NCBI GenBank assembly: GCA_002449785.1
Contig: DJXP01000031.1
Location: 3,048-61,567 of the forward strand
Direction of reading: 5' to 3'
Origin: Clostridiales bacterium UBA7001
GTDB lineage: Bacteria > Bacillota > Clostridia > TANB77 > CAG-508
DNA: 58,520 bases
Below the pieces are notes generated by a model that was given only the letters and a program-made list of their open reading frames with translations, ran no database searches and was not told the DNA's origin. Position numbers and translations under genes: made by a program. Below, piece after piece: positions 1 to 9,747 of this stretch (its first letter is position 1; every line of letters begins with the position of its first letter).

Positions 1-636
1 ATTACTTTTATATAGTAAAGTTATTTTTTTACCTTTTACTGTTATAAATCTTTCTTCTTTTAAATTACGAAGTTCTCTAAACATTGCAGATCTGTTTACT
101 GCAATGTAATCAGCTAAATCTTTTAAATTGAATGGTAATTCTATTATTTTTCTATATGTTTTTTTATATTCTATTTCAAAAAATTCAAGGAGTCTATCTC
201 GTATTGTTTTCTTCTCGAGTATTCGTACTTTTTCATTCATTTTTCTAAAGTTATCATTTATTATATTAAATAGATTATTCATAAAAATATTATAATAAAC
301 ATGTTTTGAATTATCTTGTCTTAATAAAATATTATAATTTATAATTAAAACTTCTGTGTTATCTTCTTTGGAAATTATTTCATAATCTTCAAAGTTTATT
401 AAATTCATATAAGTATTAAATAAACTTTCTTTAGAAAGTTTTTCCATAATTGTTTCATTTCCTTCGTAATCAACGCTAATAATATCAGCAGAACCCTCTA
501 AAATAATACCAAAAATATTTTCATGTCTTAAAGTGGGCAATATTTCTTGATTTTTTTTATATTTATACTTATGAACTTCAAGTAAATTAAAAAGTTTACT
601 TTTTTGTAACATGTTTAAACCTTCAAAAGGACTCAT
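1..636 (-). CDS. Crp/Fnr family transcriptional regulator (3' end runs off the window)
   Basis: Not in the ORF track. Manual translation from ATG at 636 (RBS AGGAGG upstream): MSPFEGL...FGIILEGSADIISVDYEGNETI...KKTIRDRLLEFF...LPFNLKDLADYIAVNRSAMFREL. This is a cNMP-binding fold followed by a Crp-type HTH; open to base 1. Confidence 0.88.
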   Translation of the reverse strand, partial: MSPFEGLNMLQKSKLFNLLEVHKYKYKKNQEILPTLRHENIFGIILEGSADIISVDYEGNETIMEKLSKESLFNTYMNLINFEDYEIISKEDNTEVLIINYNILLRQDNSKHVYYNIFMNNLFNIINDNFRKMNEKVRILEKKTIRDRLLEFFEIEYKKTYRKIIELPFNLKDLADYIAVNRSAMFRELRNLKEERFITVKGKKITLLYKSN

Positions 637-675
637 TTTTTTTACCTCCTTTACAATTATATTACATTATTATGA

Positions 676-693
676 AAGTTGCAATTGCAACTT
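676..693. promoter_or_regulatory. Perfect 18-bp palindrome, candidate operator
   Basis: AAGTTGCAA/TTGCAACTT in the divergent intergenic region between the Crp/Fnr gene and nrdD. Confidence 0.6.
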
Positions 694-753
694 GTAAATA
701 TTTTATAATATATATATATTTAGAACAGAAAATTTAAGGAGGACTTTATTGTT

Positions 754-2952
754 ATGAAAATAGTTAAAAGAGATGGACATATAGTAGATTATGACCCAGA
801 AAAAATAAGAATTGCTATTGGAAAAGCAAACACTGAAGTAAGGGGAAAAGAAAAAGCTACTTCTGAGGAAATTGAAGAAATAATCAAATATATCGAAGAA
901 TTGAATAAGAGAAGAATATTAGTAGAAGATATTCAAGATATAATTGAAGAAAAATTAATGGAATTTAATAAATATGCTTTAGCTAAAAAGTATATTACAT
1001 ATAGATATACAAGAGAATTAGTAAGAAAAGCTAATACTACAGATCAATCAATTAAAGAATTAATTGAAGGAGAAAATGAATATTGGAACAATGAAAATTC
1101 AAATAAAAATGCAGAAGTAGTTACTACACAAAGAGATTATCTAGCTGGAATAACATCAACAGATATTACAAGAAGATTTTTGCTTCCTGAAGATATTGTT
1201 AAAGCACATGATGAAGGAATAATTCATTTTCATGATGCAGACTATTTTGCACAAAATGCTCTCCATAATTGTGAACTTATAAATTTAGATGATATGCTAC
1301 AAAATGGAACTATTATAAATGGCGTTATGATTGAAAAACCACACAGATTTTTGACAGCTGCAACAATTGCAACTCAAATTATTCTAGCTGTTACATCTTC
1401 TAGCTATGGTGGAGCAACTGTTTCACTTTCACACTTGGCTCCTTTTGTAAGATTAAGCTATAATAAGTATTATAAAAAATACAAAGATAGAGGTTTTAAA
1501 GAAGAAGATTGCAAAAAATATGCAGACCAAGATACAAGAAAAGAAGTTGAAGACGGAGTTCAAACCTTTAATTATCAAGTAAATTCAATGACAAATACAA
1601 ATGGACAAGCACCATTTTTATCTGTAGCAATGTATTTAGGTGAAACAGAAGAATATAAAGATGAGCTTGCTATGATTATAGAAGAGTTTTTAAAACAAAG
1701 ACTTTTAGGATTTAAAAATGAAAAGGGTGTTTATATAACTCCTGCATTTCCAAAACTATTATATGTTCTTGAAGAAGATAATATTCATGAGAATAGCAAG
1801 TATTGGTATTTAACTAAACTTTCTGCTGAATGTACAGCTAAAAGAATGGTTCCAGATTATATATCAGAAAAAGTTATGAAAGAACTTAAAATTAATGGAA
1901 ATGGTGATGGTGAATGTTATCCATGTATGGGATGTAGATCATTCTTAACTCCTGATAGAACAATGAGTGTTGGTAATATTTCAAAAGCTAAAAACTATGA
2001 AGAAGGTAAAGGAAAATATTATGGTAGATTCAATCAAGGTGTTGTAACAATTAACCTTCCTGATGTAGCTTTATCATCCAAAAAAGATATAGATAAGTTC
2101 TGGAAAATTATGGATGAAAGATTAGAACTTTGCCATAGAGCACTTCAGATTAGACATAAGAGATTAAGTAATGTTACAAGTGATGTTGCACCTATTTTAT
2201 GGCAACATGGAGCATTAGCAAGACTAGAAAAAGGCGAGTCAATTCATGAACTTTTACATCATGGTTATTCAACTATTTCACTTGGTTATGCTGGATTATA
2301 TGAATGTGTTAAATATATGACTGGATATTCTCATACTGGTGAAGGTAAAGAATTTGGTTTAGAAATTATGCAACATTTAAATGATGCTGCTAAAAAATGG
2401 AAACAAGAAGAAGATATTGATTATTCAGTATATGGTACTCCAATAGAATCAACTACATATAAATTTGCAAAATGCTTAAAAGAAAGATTTGGAACAGTTA
2501 AAGGAATAACAGATAGAAATTATATTACAAATTCTTATCATGTTCCTGTTTTTGAAGAAATTGATGCATTTTCAAAACTAACAGTAGAAAGTGAGTTCCA
2601 AAAATTAAGTCCAGGTGGTGCTATTTCTTATATAGAAACACCAAATTTACAAAATAATATAGATGCTGTTATAGGTGTTATACAATTTATATATGACAAT
2701 ATTATGTATGCAGAATTAAACACTAAATCTGATTTTTGTCAAAAATGTGGTTATACAGGAGAAATATTAATTGACGAAAATTATGAATGGTATTGCCCTG
2801 AATGTGGTAATAGAGACCATAATACATTAAATGTTGCAAGACGTACATGTGGTTATATAGGAACCAATTTCTGGAATAAAGGAAGAACTCAAGAAATTAA
2901 AGAAAGAGTTCTTCATATAGATAATAAAGTTGCTTCAGTAAAAGCAAAGTAA
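754..2952 (+). CDS. nrdD: Anaerobic ribonucleoside-triphosphate reductase (class III)
   Basis: N-terminal ATP cone (KRDG), IHFHD, MGCRS, RFNQGVVTINL, YITNSYH, CxxC..CxxC and the glycyl-radical motif RRTCGY. Confidence 0.97.
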   Translation: MKIVKRDGHIVDYDPEKIRIAIGKANTEVRGKEKATSEEIEEIIKYIEELNKRRILVEDIQDIIEEKLMEFNKYALAKKYITYRYTRELVRKANTTDQSIKELIEGENEYWNNENSNKNAEVVTTQRDYLAGITSTDITRRFLLPEDIVKAHDEGIIHFHDADYFAQNALHNCELINLDDMLQNGTIINGVMIEKPHRFLTAATIATQIILAVTSSSYGGATVSLSHLAPFVRLSYNKYYKKYKDRGFKEEDCKKYADQDTRKEVEDGVQTFNYQVNSMTNTNGQAPFLSVAMYLGETEEYKDELAMIIEEFLKQRLLGFKNEKGVYITPAFPKLLYVLEEDNIHENSKYWYLTKLSAECTAKRMVPDYISEKVMKELKINGNGDGECYPCMGCRSFLTPDRTMSVGNISKAKNYEEGKGKYYGRFNQGVVTINLPDVALSSKKDIDKFWKIMDERLELCHRALQIRHKRLSNVTSDVAPILWQHGALARLEKGESIHELLHHGYSTISLGYAGLYECVKYMTGYSHTGEGKEFGLEIMQHLNDAAKKWKQEEDIDYSVYGTPIESTTYKFAKCLKERFGTVKGITDRNYITNSYHVPVFEEIDAFSKLTVESEFQKLSPGGAISYIETPNLQNNIDAVIGVIQFIYDNIMYAELNTKSDFCQKCGYTGEILIDENYEWYCPECGNRDHNTLNVARRTCGYIGTNFWNKGRTQEIKERVLHIDNKVASVKAK

Positions 2953-2976
2953 AAACTAATATAAGAGGAACAAAAT

Positions 2977-3471
2977 ATGAAATACAATTTAATTCGCAAA
3001 ATGGATATTTCAAATGGACCTGGAGTTAGAGTCTCAATATTTATGCAAGGGTGCGCATTTCATTGCAAAAATTGTTTTAATAAAGAAACTTGGGATTTTA
3101 ATACAGGATATGATTTTAATGAAGAAACAATAAATGAAGTATTAGATTTATGTAAAAAAGATCATATAAAAGGTTTATCAATATTAGGTGGTGAACCAAT
3201 GCATCCAAATAATGAAGATGGTACAGCAAAACTCGCAAAAGCATTTAAAGAAAAGTATCCTAATAAATCTGTTTGGATGTGGTCTGGATATAAATTTGAT
3301 GAGGGATTAAAGGATAAAGAAGCTTTAAAATATGTAGATGTTTTAGTTGATGGTACATATACAGATGAACTAAGAAATCCAACTTTAAAGTGGAAAGGAT
3401 CATCTAATCAAAGAGTAATTGATGTTAAAAACTCATTAAAAGAAAATAAGATAGTGCTATTTGAAGAATAA
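2977..3471 (+). CDS. nrdG: Anaerobic RNR activating radical-SAM protein
   Basis: NGPGVRVSIFMQGCAFHCKNC (CxxxCxxC), GGEP, GSSNQR; directly after nrdD. Confidence 0.96.
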   Translation: MKYNLIRKMDISNGPGVRVSIFMQGCAFHCKNCFNKETWDFNTGYDFNEETINEVLDLCKKDHIKGLSILGGEPMHPNNEDGTAKLAKAFKEKYPNKSVWMWSGYKFDEGLKDKEALKYVDVLVDGTYTDELRNPTLKWKGSSNQRVIDVKNSLKENKIVLFEE

Positions 3472-3527
3472 AGCAAGTATAAATATTTATTAAATTGACA
3501 TACTATAAATAAGGAGAAGTTAAAGAT

Positions 3528-3773
3528 ATGGAAACTAGAGTAGCTGTTATTGGAATTATTGTAGAAAATAGAGAAAGTGTACCAACACTTAATAGATTAC
3601 TTTCTGACTATGGAGACTATATTATTGGCAGAATGGGAGTTCCATATCATAAGAAGGGAATAAGTGTTATATCAGTTGCAATTGACGCACCACAAGATAT
3701 AATAAATTCATTAAGTGGAAGTATAGGTAATTTAGATGGCATTCATGCAAAAACAGCATATAGCGGAATATAA
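3528..3773 (+). CDS. TM1266-family ACT-like protein (putative iron-only hydrogenase system regulator)
   Basis: METRVAVIGIIVE...IIGRMGVPY...INSLSGSIG pattern in an 81-aa protein. Confidence 0.8.
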   Translation: METRVAVIGIIVENRESVPTLNRLLSDYGDYIIGRMGVPYHKKGISVISVAIDAPQDIINSLSGSIGNLDGIHAKTAYSGI

Positions 3774-3781
3774 GTAAGTAT

Positions 3782-3842
3782 AAAAAAAGACATTCTTTTT
3801 ATTCTACTTAAAATGGTGGTAGATAAAAGAATGTCTTTTTTT
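3782..3842. terminator. Bidirectional intrinsic terminator
   Basis: AAAAAAAGACATTCTTTT...AAAAGAATGTCTTTTTTT inverted repeat between convergent genes. Confidence 0.8.
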
Positions 3843-5209
3843 TACTTAGAAAGTTCATATATTGCTTCAGCATATATTTTGGCAGTTAAGATAAATTTAT
3901 CTATATCTATAAATTCATCAACTTGATGGCACATATCCTTATCACCCGGCATTGTCATACCATATGAAACAAAATTATTAAAAGCTCTTGCGTATGTACC
4001 TCCACCTATTGCAATTGGTGATTCGTTCATATTTGTTTTTTTATTAAAAATATTTACAAGAGTTTTTACTAAATATGAATTTTTATCAACAAATAGTGGT
4101 TCTTGTCTACCAATTTCATTAACTTCTAAACTATCAAATTCTGAATCTAAATTTTTATATTTTTGAATAATGCTATCAAGGGAAGTTTTTACAGGTACTC
4201 GTAAATTTATTTTTAATATCAAATTATTTGAATCTCTATTATAATCAATAGATGCAACATTTGATGTTAATTTTCCAGATTCATCATCAATACAATTTAA
4301 AAATGTAGGACTAATTATATTAAAAAAGTCTAATTCATATAATCTATTTAAAAAATTATTTTTCATTTCAAAATTATCGATAATATATTTGATTAAAATT
4401 GCTATTGCATTTTTTCCTTCTTCAGGGTGTGCAGCGTGTGAAGCTATTCCAAATGCTTCTATTTTTATTAAATTATTTTCTAAAATAGATATATTTATGT
4501 TTTCTGAATTTTTTAAGTATGAAACCGTATTTGAATTTGGCTTTAGTATAATAGAACAATATTTAGGAACGACATTTATTGCATTGTTATTACAAGAGAT
4601 TTCTACTATATCATAATTTTCAATTAAAAAATACTTTTTTAATTCAATACTTAAAATACCTTTTTCAGCGTATATTGCAGGAAAGTTTGCATCTGGACTA
4701 AAACCTATACTTGGTAATTCTTCATGCTTCTTATAATAATTAATACATTTCCAATTTTTTTCTTCATTTAATCCTAAAATTAGACGAACACGTTTATTTA
4801 TTTTAAAATTATCCATTATTGCTTTCATAGCATATAATGATGCAACAACTGGACCTTTGTCATCTATTGAACCTCTTCCATATAGTTTTCCATCTCGTAT
4901 AGAAGGCTCAAATGGAGGAGTAGTCCATCCATCTTCATTTAGCGCTGGTACAACATCTAAATGACCAACTATTCCAACTAAATCATTACCTTCACCAAAT
5001 TCAATATATCCGCAGTAATCATCAATGTTTTTGGTTTTAAATCCCATATGTTGTGCTAGATTTAATGTATAATTTAAGGCATCAGAACATGCCTTACCAA
5101 ATGGATACTCGGAGCTTGAATTTTCTATTGATATGCTTGGGAATTTAATTAAATCAGATAAAGTTTTCAACATTTCATCTTTATTATTATCAATTATTTT
5201 ATCAAACAT
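3842..5209 (-). CDS. pepV: M20 family Zn-dependent dipeptidase (PepV/Sapep)
   Basis: [46 protein letters not shown]. Confidence 0.9.
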   Translation of the reverse strand: MFDKIIDNNKDEMLKTLSDLIKFPSISIENSSSEYPFGKACSDALNYTLNLAQHMGFKTKNIDDYCGYIEFGEGNDLVGIVGHLDVVPALNEDGWTTPPFEPSIRDGKLYGRGSIDDKGPVVASLYAMKAIMDNFKINKRVRLILGLNEEKNWKCINYYKKHEELPSIGFSPDANFPAIYAEKGILSIELKKYFLIENYDIVEISCNNNAINVVPKYCSIILKPNSNTVSYLKNSENINISILENNLIKIEAFGIASHAAHPEEGKNAIAILIKYIIDNFEMKNNFLNRLYELDFFNIISPTFLNCIDDESGKLTSNVASIDYNRDSNNLILKINLRVPVKTSLDSIIQKYKNLDSEFDSLEVNEIGRQEPLFVDKNSYLVKTLVNIFNKKTNMNESPIAIGGGTYARAFNNFVSYGMTMPGDKDMCHQVDEFIDIDKFILTAKIYAEAIYELSK

Positions 5210-5270
5210 ATATTCCTCCTATAAATACAATTTTTAATATTATATAATAAAAAAGATTAAAAATGAAATT

Positions 5271-5323
5271 TGTTATAAAATTGTTATAAAAAACTTGAAT
5301 TAATATTTATTTATGTATAAAAT
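5271..5323 (+). promoter_or_regulatory. Sigma-A-like promoter with an upstream 11-bp-period direct repeat
   Basis: TGTTAT-N5-TGTTAT (5271-5287), then TTGAAT (5295-5300), 17 bp, TAAAAT (5318-5323). Confidence 0.5.
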
Positions 5324-5365
5324 ATTAAGCATAAACAAAAGTTAAAGTTTTAGGAGGAATGAAAA

Positions 5366-5731
5366 ATGAAAAATGAAAAAGGGATTACACTTGCAGCATT
5401 AATTTTAATTGTTGTATTATTAATTGCATTGGCAGGTGTTTCAATTATGATTGTACTTAATAATGAAAATAAGTCTACAAAGGTAAATGATAATCAATAT
5501 GAAAGAAATATTATAGATGCGGATTTTGAAGATGAAGAAATAATAGAAGACGATTTTGAAGACGAAGATATAATAGAAGATGATTTAGAAGACGGAGATA
5601 TAATAGAAGATGATTTAGAAGACGGAGAAGTTTTAGAGGATGATTTAGAAAACGAAGAAGTTATAGAAAATGATGTTACTGAAGAAAATGTAGTAGAAAC
5701 GAACTCAGTAGTAGAAGATGAATTAAATTAA
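5366..5731 (+). CDS. Type IV pilin-like protein (class III signal-peptide-like N-terminus) with an acidic repeat tail
   Basis: MKNEKG|ITLAALILIVVLLIALAGVSI resembles a prepilin leader plus hydrophobic helix; the C-terminus has D/E-rich 10-aa repeats. Confidence 0.6.
   Translation: MKNEKGITLAALILIVVLLIALAGVSIMIVLNNENKSTKVNDNQYERNIIDADFEDEEIIEDDFEDEDIIEDDLEDGDIIEDDLEDGEVLEDDLENEEVIENDVTEENVVETNSVVEDELN
5522..5671 (+). repeat. About five imperfect 30-bp coding tandem repeats
   Basis: GATTT[TA]GAAGA.G.AGA.ATAATAGAAGA. units encoding DFEDEEIIED / DLEDGDIIED and variants. Confidence 0.85.
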
Positions 5732-5765
5732 TAATAATGTCACAATTTTGTATTAAAGAGTAAGT

Positions 5766-6248
5766 ATGATTAATATAAATATAATATGTATTGGAAAATT
5801 AAAAGAAAAATACTTAAAAGATGCTGTTTCAGAGTATTCAAAAAGACTATCTAAATATTGCAAAATAAATATAATAGAGTTGTCTGATGAGAAAATACCA
5901 AGTAAGGTAAACGACAGCATTATTAATAGTGTAAAAATAGAAGAAGGTACTAAAATTATAAATAGCTTAAAAAATGATTCGTATGTGTTTTCATTAGATT
6001 TAAAAGGAAAACAATACTCGTCAGAAGAATTCTCACATAAGATTCAAGAATTATCTGTTAATGGATACAGTACAATTACATTTATAATTGGAGGTACACT
6101 TGGTCTTACAAATGAAGTTTTAAAGAAATCAAATGAATTAATTTGTTTTTCAAAAATGACATTTCCTCATCAATTAATTAGAGTATTTTTATTAGAGCAA
6201 TTATTTAGAGGATTTAAAATAGCAGGAAATGAAACATATCATTGGTAG
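5766..6248 (+). CDS. rlmH: 23S rRNA pseudouridine-1915 N3-methyltransferase
   Basis: IGKLKEKY, FIIGG.LGL, FSKMTFPHQLIRVFLLEQLFR, C-terminal YH. Confidence 0.96.
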   Translation: MININIICIGKLKEKYLKDAVSEYSKRLSKYCKINIIELSDEKIPSKVNDSIINSVKIEEGTKIINSLKNDSYVFSLDLKGKQYSSEEFSHKIQELSVNGYSTITFIIGGTLGLTNEVLKKSNELICFSKMTFPHQLIRVFLLEQLFRGFKIAGNETYHW

Positions 6249-6257
6249 AGGAATTAT

Positions 6258-7136
6258 ATGCAAGGTATTTTAATTATTAATAAAGAAAAAGGTTATACTT
6301 CTCAAGATGTAGTATCTAAAGTAAAAAAAATATTAAATATTAAAAAGGCAGGACACACTGGCACATTGGATCCAATGGCTACAGGTGTTCTTCCTGTGCT
6401 TTTAGGTAATTATACTAAATTATCTAAATATTTAATTGAACATGATAAGAAATATCAAGTAAAATTAAAATTAGGTGAAAAAAGAGATACTGGAGATAGT
6501 GAAGGAAAAATAACTGAAAAGCAAAATGTTGAATTAGAAAACTTAAATGAAACTAAGATAATAGAGATATTAAATACTTTTATAGGTGAAAGTGAGCAGA
6601 TACCACCTATGTATTCTGCAATTAAAGTTAAAGGTAAAAAACTTTATGAATATGCAAGAGAAGGAAAGGAAGTTAAACTTGAACCAAGAAAGATAAATAT
6701 ATATAAAATAAATCTGATTCAATTTAACAAAGAAAATCAAGAAATTGAATTTGAAGTGATGTGTTCAAAAGGGACCTATATAAGGTCTTTGTGTGAAGAT
6801 ATTGCAAAAAAACTTGGAACAATCGGATATATGAGTGATTTAAAAAGAACTAATGTAGATAGATTTAATATAGAAAATGCTATTACATTAGATGAGCTAG
6901 AAAATAATAAAAGTAATATTGATTTTATGGAAAAGCACTTAGTTAAAATGGAAACTATTTTTGGTAGTTTAAAAAAAATTACTTTAAATAATAGGAAAAA
7001 AGAATTATTTTTAAATGGAGTAATGATAACTTTTGAATTAGAAGAGGGAATGTATAATATATATGATTCAAATAATAGTTATTTAGGTACAGGAATTGTT
7101 AAAAATGAGTTGCTTAAAAGAGATATTATATTATAA
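6258..7136 (+). CDS. truB: tRNA pseudouridine-55 synthase
   Basis: GHTGTLDPMATGVL, QIPPMYSAIKVKGKKLYEYAR, CSKGTYIRSL. Confidence 0.96.
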   Translation: MQGILIINKEKGYTSQDVVSKVKKILNIKKAGHTGTLDPMATGVLPVLLGNYTKLSKYLIEHDKKYQVKLKLGEKRDTGDSEGKITEKQNVELENLNETKIIEILNTFIGESEQIPPMYSAIKVKGKKLYEYAREGKEVKLEPRKINIYKINLIQFNKENQEIEFEVMCSKGTYIRSLCEDIAKKLGTIGYMSDLKRTNVDRFNIENAITLDELENNKSNIDFMEKHLVKMETIFGSLKKITLNNRKKELFLNGVMITFELEEGMYNIYDSNNSYLGTGIVKNELLKRDIIL

Positions 7137-7237
7137 AAATTTATATAATTAAATAACTATAATAAATATATTATACCTCTTTACAAATACATACAAATTT
7201 TGATAAAATAAGAAAAATTGTAAAGAGGAGAGCAAAA

Positions 7238-8152
7238 ATGAAACATTTAATTGATATAAAAGATTTATCAATAAAAGAAATTGATGATATGATTAAAGTA
7301 GCTAAAGATATTATCACAAATGAAGACAAATATTCTCATAAATGTGATGGTAAAAAATTAGCTACTTTATTTTTTGAACCTAGTACAAGAACAAGACTTA
7401 GTTTTGAATCTGCAATGTTAAGTCTTGGTGGTAATGTGCTTGGATTTTCTGAAGCTTCATCTAGTTCAGTTTCAAAAGGTGAAACTGTTTCAGATACAAT
7501 AAGAGTTGTAGGATGTTATAGTGATATAATAGCAATGAGGCATCCAAAAGAAGGTGCACCTTTAGTAGCGTCAATGAAATCATCTGTACCTATTATTAAT
7601 GCAGGTGATGGAGGACATAATCATCCAACACAGACTTTAACAGATTTACTTACAATTAATATTGAAAAAGGAAGATTAGATAATTTAACAATTGGACTAT
7701 GTGGAGACTTAAAATTTGGTAGAACAGTTCATTCATTAATAACTGCAATGTCAAGATATAAGAACATCAAATTTGTTTTAATTTCTCCTGATGAATTAAA
7801 GCTTCCTGAATATGTAAAAAAAGAAGTTTTAGAAAAAAATAATATAGAATACGCAGAAACAAGAAATATTGAAGAATATATGAGTGATTTAGATATTTTA
7901 TATATGACAAGAGTACAAAGGGAAAGGTTTTTTAATGAAGAAGACTATATTAGACTGAAAGATTACTATATTTTAAACAAGAAAAAATTAGATAAAGCTA
8001 AAAAAGACTTATGTATTATGCATCCACTTCCAAGAGTAAATGAAATTTCTACAGATATTGATGATGATGAAAGAGCATGTTATTTTAAGCAGGCAAATTA
8101 TGGGAAATATATAAGAATGGCATTAATACTTAAAATGTTGGAGGTGAAATAA
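7238..8152 (+). CDS. pyrB: Aspartate carbamoyltransferase catalytic subunit
   Basis: [42 protein letters not shown]. Confidence 0.97.
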   Translation: MKHLIDIKDLSIKEIDDMIKVAKDIITNEDKYSHKCDGKKLATLFFEPSTRTRLSFESAMLSLGGNVLGFSEASSSSVSKGETVSDTIRVVGCYSDIIAMRHPKEGAPLVASMKSSVPIINAGDGGHNHPTQTLTDLLTINIEKGRLDNLTIGLCGDLKFGRTVHSLITAMSRYKNIKFVLISPDELKLPEYVKKEVLEKNNIEYAETRNIEEYMSDLDILYMTRVQRERFFNEEDYIRLKDYYILNKKKLDKAKKDLCIMHPLPRVNEISTDIDDDERACYFKQANYGKYIRMALILKMLEVK

Positions 8153-8575
8153 ATGAACATAGATAGTATTAAAAATGGATATGTAATAGATCATATTAAA
8201 GCAGGACGAGCAATGCAAATATATAATTTACTCAATTTAAATAATTTAGATTGTCAAGTTGCAATAATTACGAATGCTAAAAGTAAAAAGAGTGGGAAGA
8301 AAGATATTATAAAAATTGATAGAAATATTCCAATAAACATTGATGCATTAGGTTTTATAGATCATAGTGTTACAGTAAATGTTGTAAAAGATGATAAAAT
8401 AATAGAAAAAAAGAAATTGAAACTTCCTGAAAAGATTGTTAATTTAGCAAAATGTAACAATCCAAGATGTATTACTTCAATTGAAAAAAATTTAGACCAA
8501 ATTTTTCTTTTAACTGATAAAGAAAATGAAGTTTATAGATGTATGTATTGTGAGATGAGCTTGAAGAAAAAATAG
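8153..8575 (+). CDS. pyrI: Aspartate carbamoyltransferase regulatory subunit
   Basis: IKNGYVIDHI, KKDIIKI, Zn ligands CNNPRC..CMYC; abuts pyrB. Confidence 0.93.
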   Translation: MNIDSIKNGYVIDHIKAGRAMQIYNLLNLNNLDCQVAIITNAKSKKSGKKDIIKIDRNIPINIDALGFIDHSVTVNVVKDDKIIEKKKLKLPEKIVNLAKCNNPRCITSIEKNLDQIFLLTDKENEVYRCMYCEMSLKKK

Positions 8576-8683
8576 GGACCATCAGGGACGTTGCTGATGC
8601 TGTTAAGTTTTAGCTGTTACAGCATCAGTTCAACTCGGACCACATCTTTTAATAAATATGCATAAAGAAAGAGAGAAAATAAA

Positions 8684-9739
8684 ATGTATAAAAGAACTGA
8701 TACGAGACCTATATTTGTACGTGATATTCAAATAGGAGGTCAAAATAAAGTTGTTATACAATCTATGTGTAATACCAAAACAAAAGATGTTGATGCAACT
8801 GTTAATCAAATATTAAAACTTGAGAGTATAGGCTGTGAAATTATAAGAGTAGCTTGTTTAGATATTGAAGACGCAAAAGCTATAAAAGAAATAAAGAAAA
8901 GAATTCATATACCTATTGTTTCAGATATTCATTTTGATTATAAAATAGCTTTAGAGTCTATTAATAGTGGTGTAGATAAAGTAAGAATAAATCCGGGAAA
9001 CATAGGTGATGAAGAAAAAGTAAAAATAGTTGTTGAAAAATGCAAAGAAAATAAAATTCCAATTAGAATTGGGGTAAATGGTGGCTCTTTAGAACCAGAA
9101 CTATTGCAAAAATATGGAAAACCATGTAGTGATGCAATGATAGAAAGTGCTAAAAAACATATTGATATTTTAGAAAAATTAGATTTCTACGATATTGCAA
9201 TTTCTTTGAAAGCATCTAACTTAGACATGTGTGTTGAAGCATATGAAAAAGCTGCAAACACATTTAAATATCCTCTTCATTTGGGAATTACAGAAGCTGG
9301 TACAGCATTTAGTGGTACAATTAAGTCAAGTATAGGGCTTGGAATTTTATTAAAAGAAGGAATAGGAGATACTGTTAGAGTTTCTTTATCAGATGATCCA
9401 TGTGAAGAAATACCTGTATGTAAAGAAATATTAAAGAATTGTAATCTATATAATAAAAGTCCTAAATTAGTTGCTTGTCCAACATGTGGTAGAATTCAAT
9501 ATGATATGATTCCAATAGCTAAACAAATCGAAGAGTTTTTGCAAGGAATTGAGGTTGATATTACTGTTGCTGTTATGGGTTGTGCTGTAAATGGTCCTGG
9601 AGAGGCTAGAGAAGCGGATATTGGAATTGCTGGTGGAAATGGTGAAGCACTTTTATTCAAAAAAGGAGAAGTTATTAGGAAAATTAAAGAGGAAAATATT
9701 GTTAAAGAATTAAAAGAAGAAATTTTGAAAATAATTTAG
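8684..9739 (+). CDS. ispG: (E)-4-hydroxy-3-methylbut-2-enyl-diphosphate synthase
   Basis: [49 protein letters not shown]. Confidence 0.97.
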   Translation: MYKRTDTRPIFVRDIQIGGQNKVVIQSMCNTKTKDVDATVNQILKLESIGCEIIRVACLDIEDAKAIKEIKKRIHIPIVSDIHFDYKIALESINSGVDKVRINPGNIGDEEKVKIVVEKCKENKIPIRIGVNGGSLEPELLQKYGKPCSDAMIESAKKHIDILEKLDFYDIAISLKASNLDMCVEAYEKAANTFKYPLHLGITEAGTAFSGTIKSSIGLGILLKEGIGDTVRVSLSDDPCEEIPVCKEILKNCNLYNKSPKLVACPTCGRIQYDMIPIAKQIEEFLQGIEVDITVAVMGCAVNGPGEAREADIGIAGGNGEALLFKKGEVIRKIKEENIVKELKEEILKII

Positions 9740-9747
9740 GAGAAATT

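Noticed and set aside
5522..5671. 30-bp repeats as a CRISPR array
   Set aside because: They are contiguous, in-frame coding repeats with no spacers and no cas genes.
6230..6257. rlmH 3' end as an occupied integration site
   Set aside because: truB follows after 9 bp, so no element is inserted.
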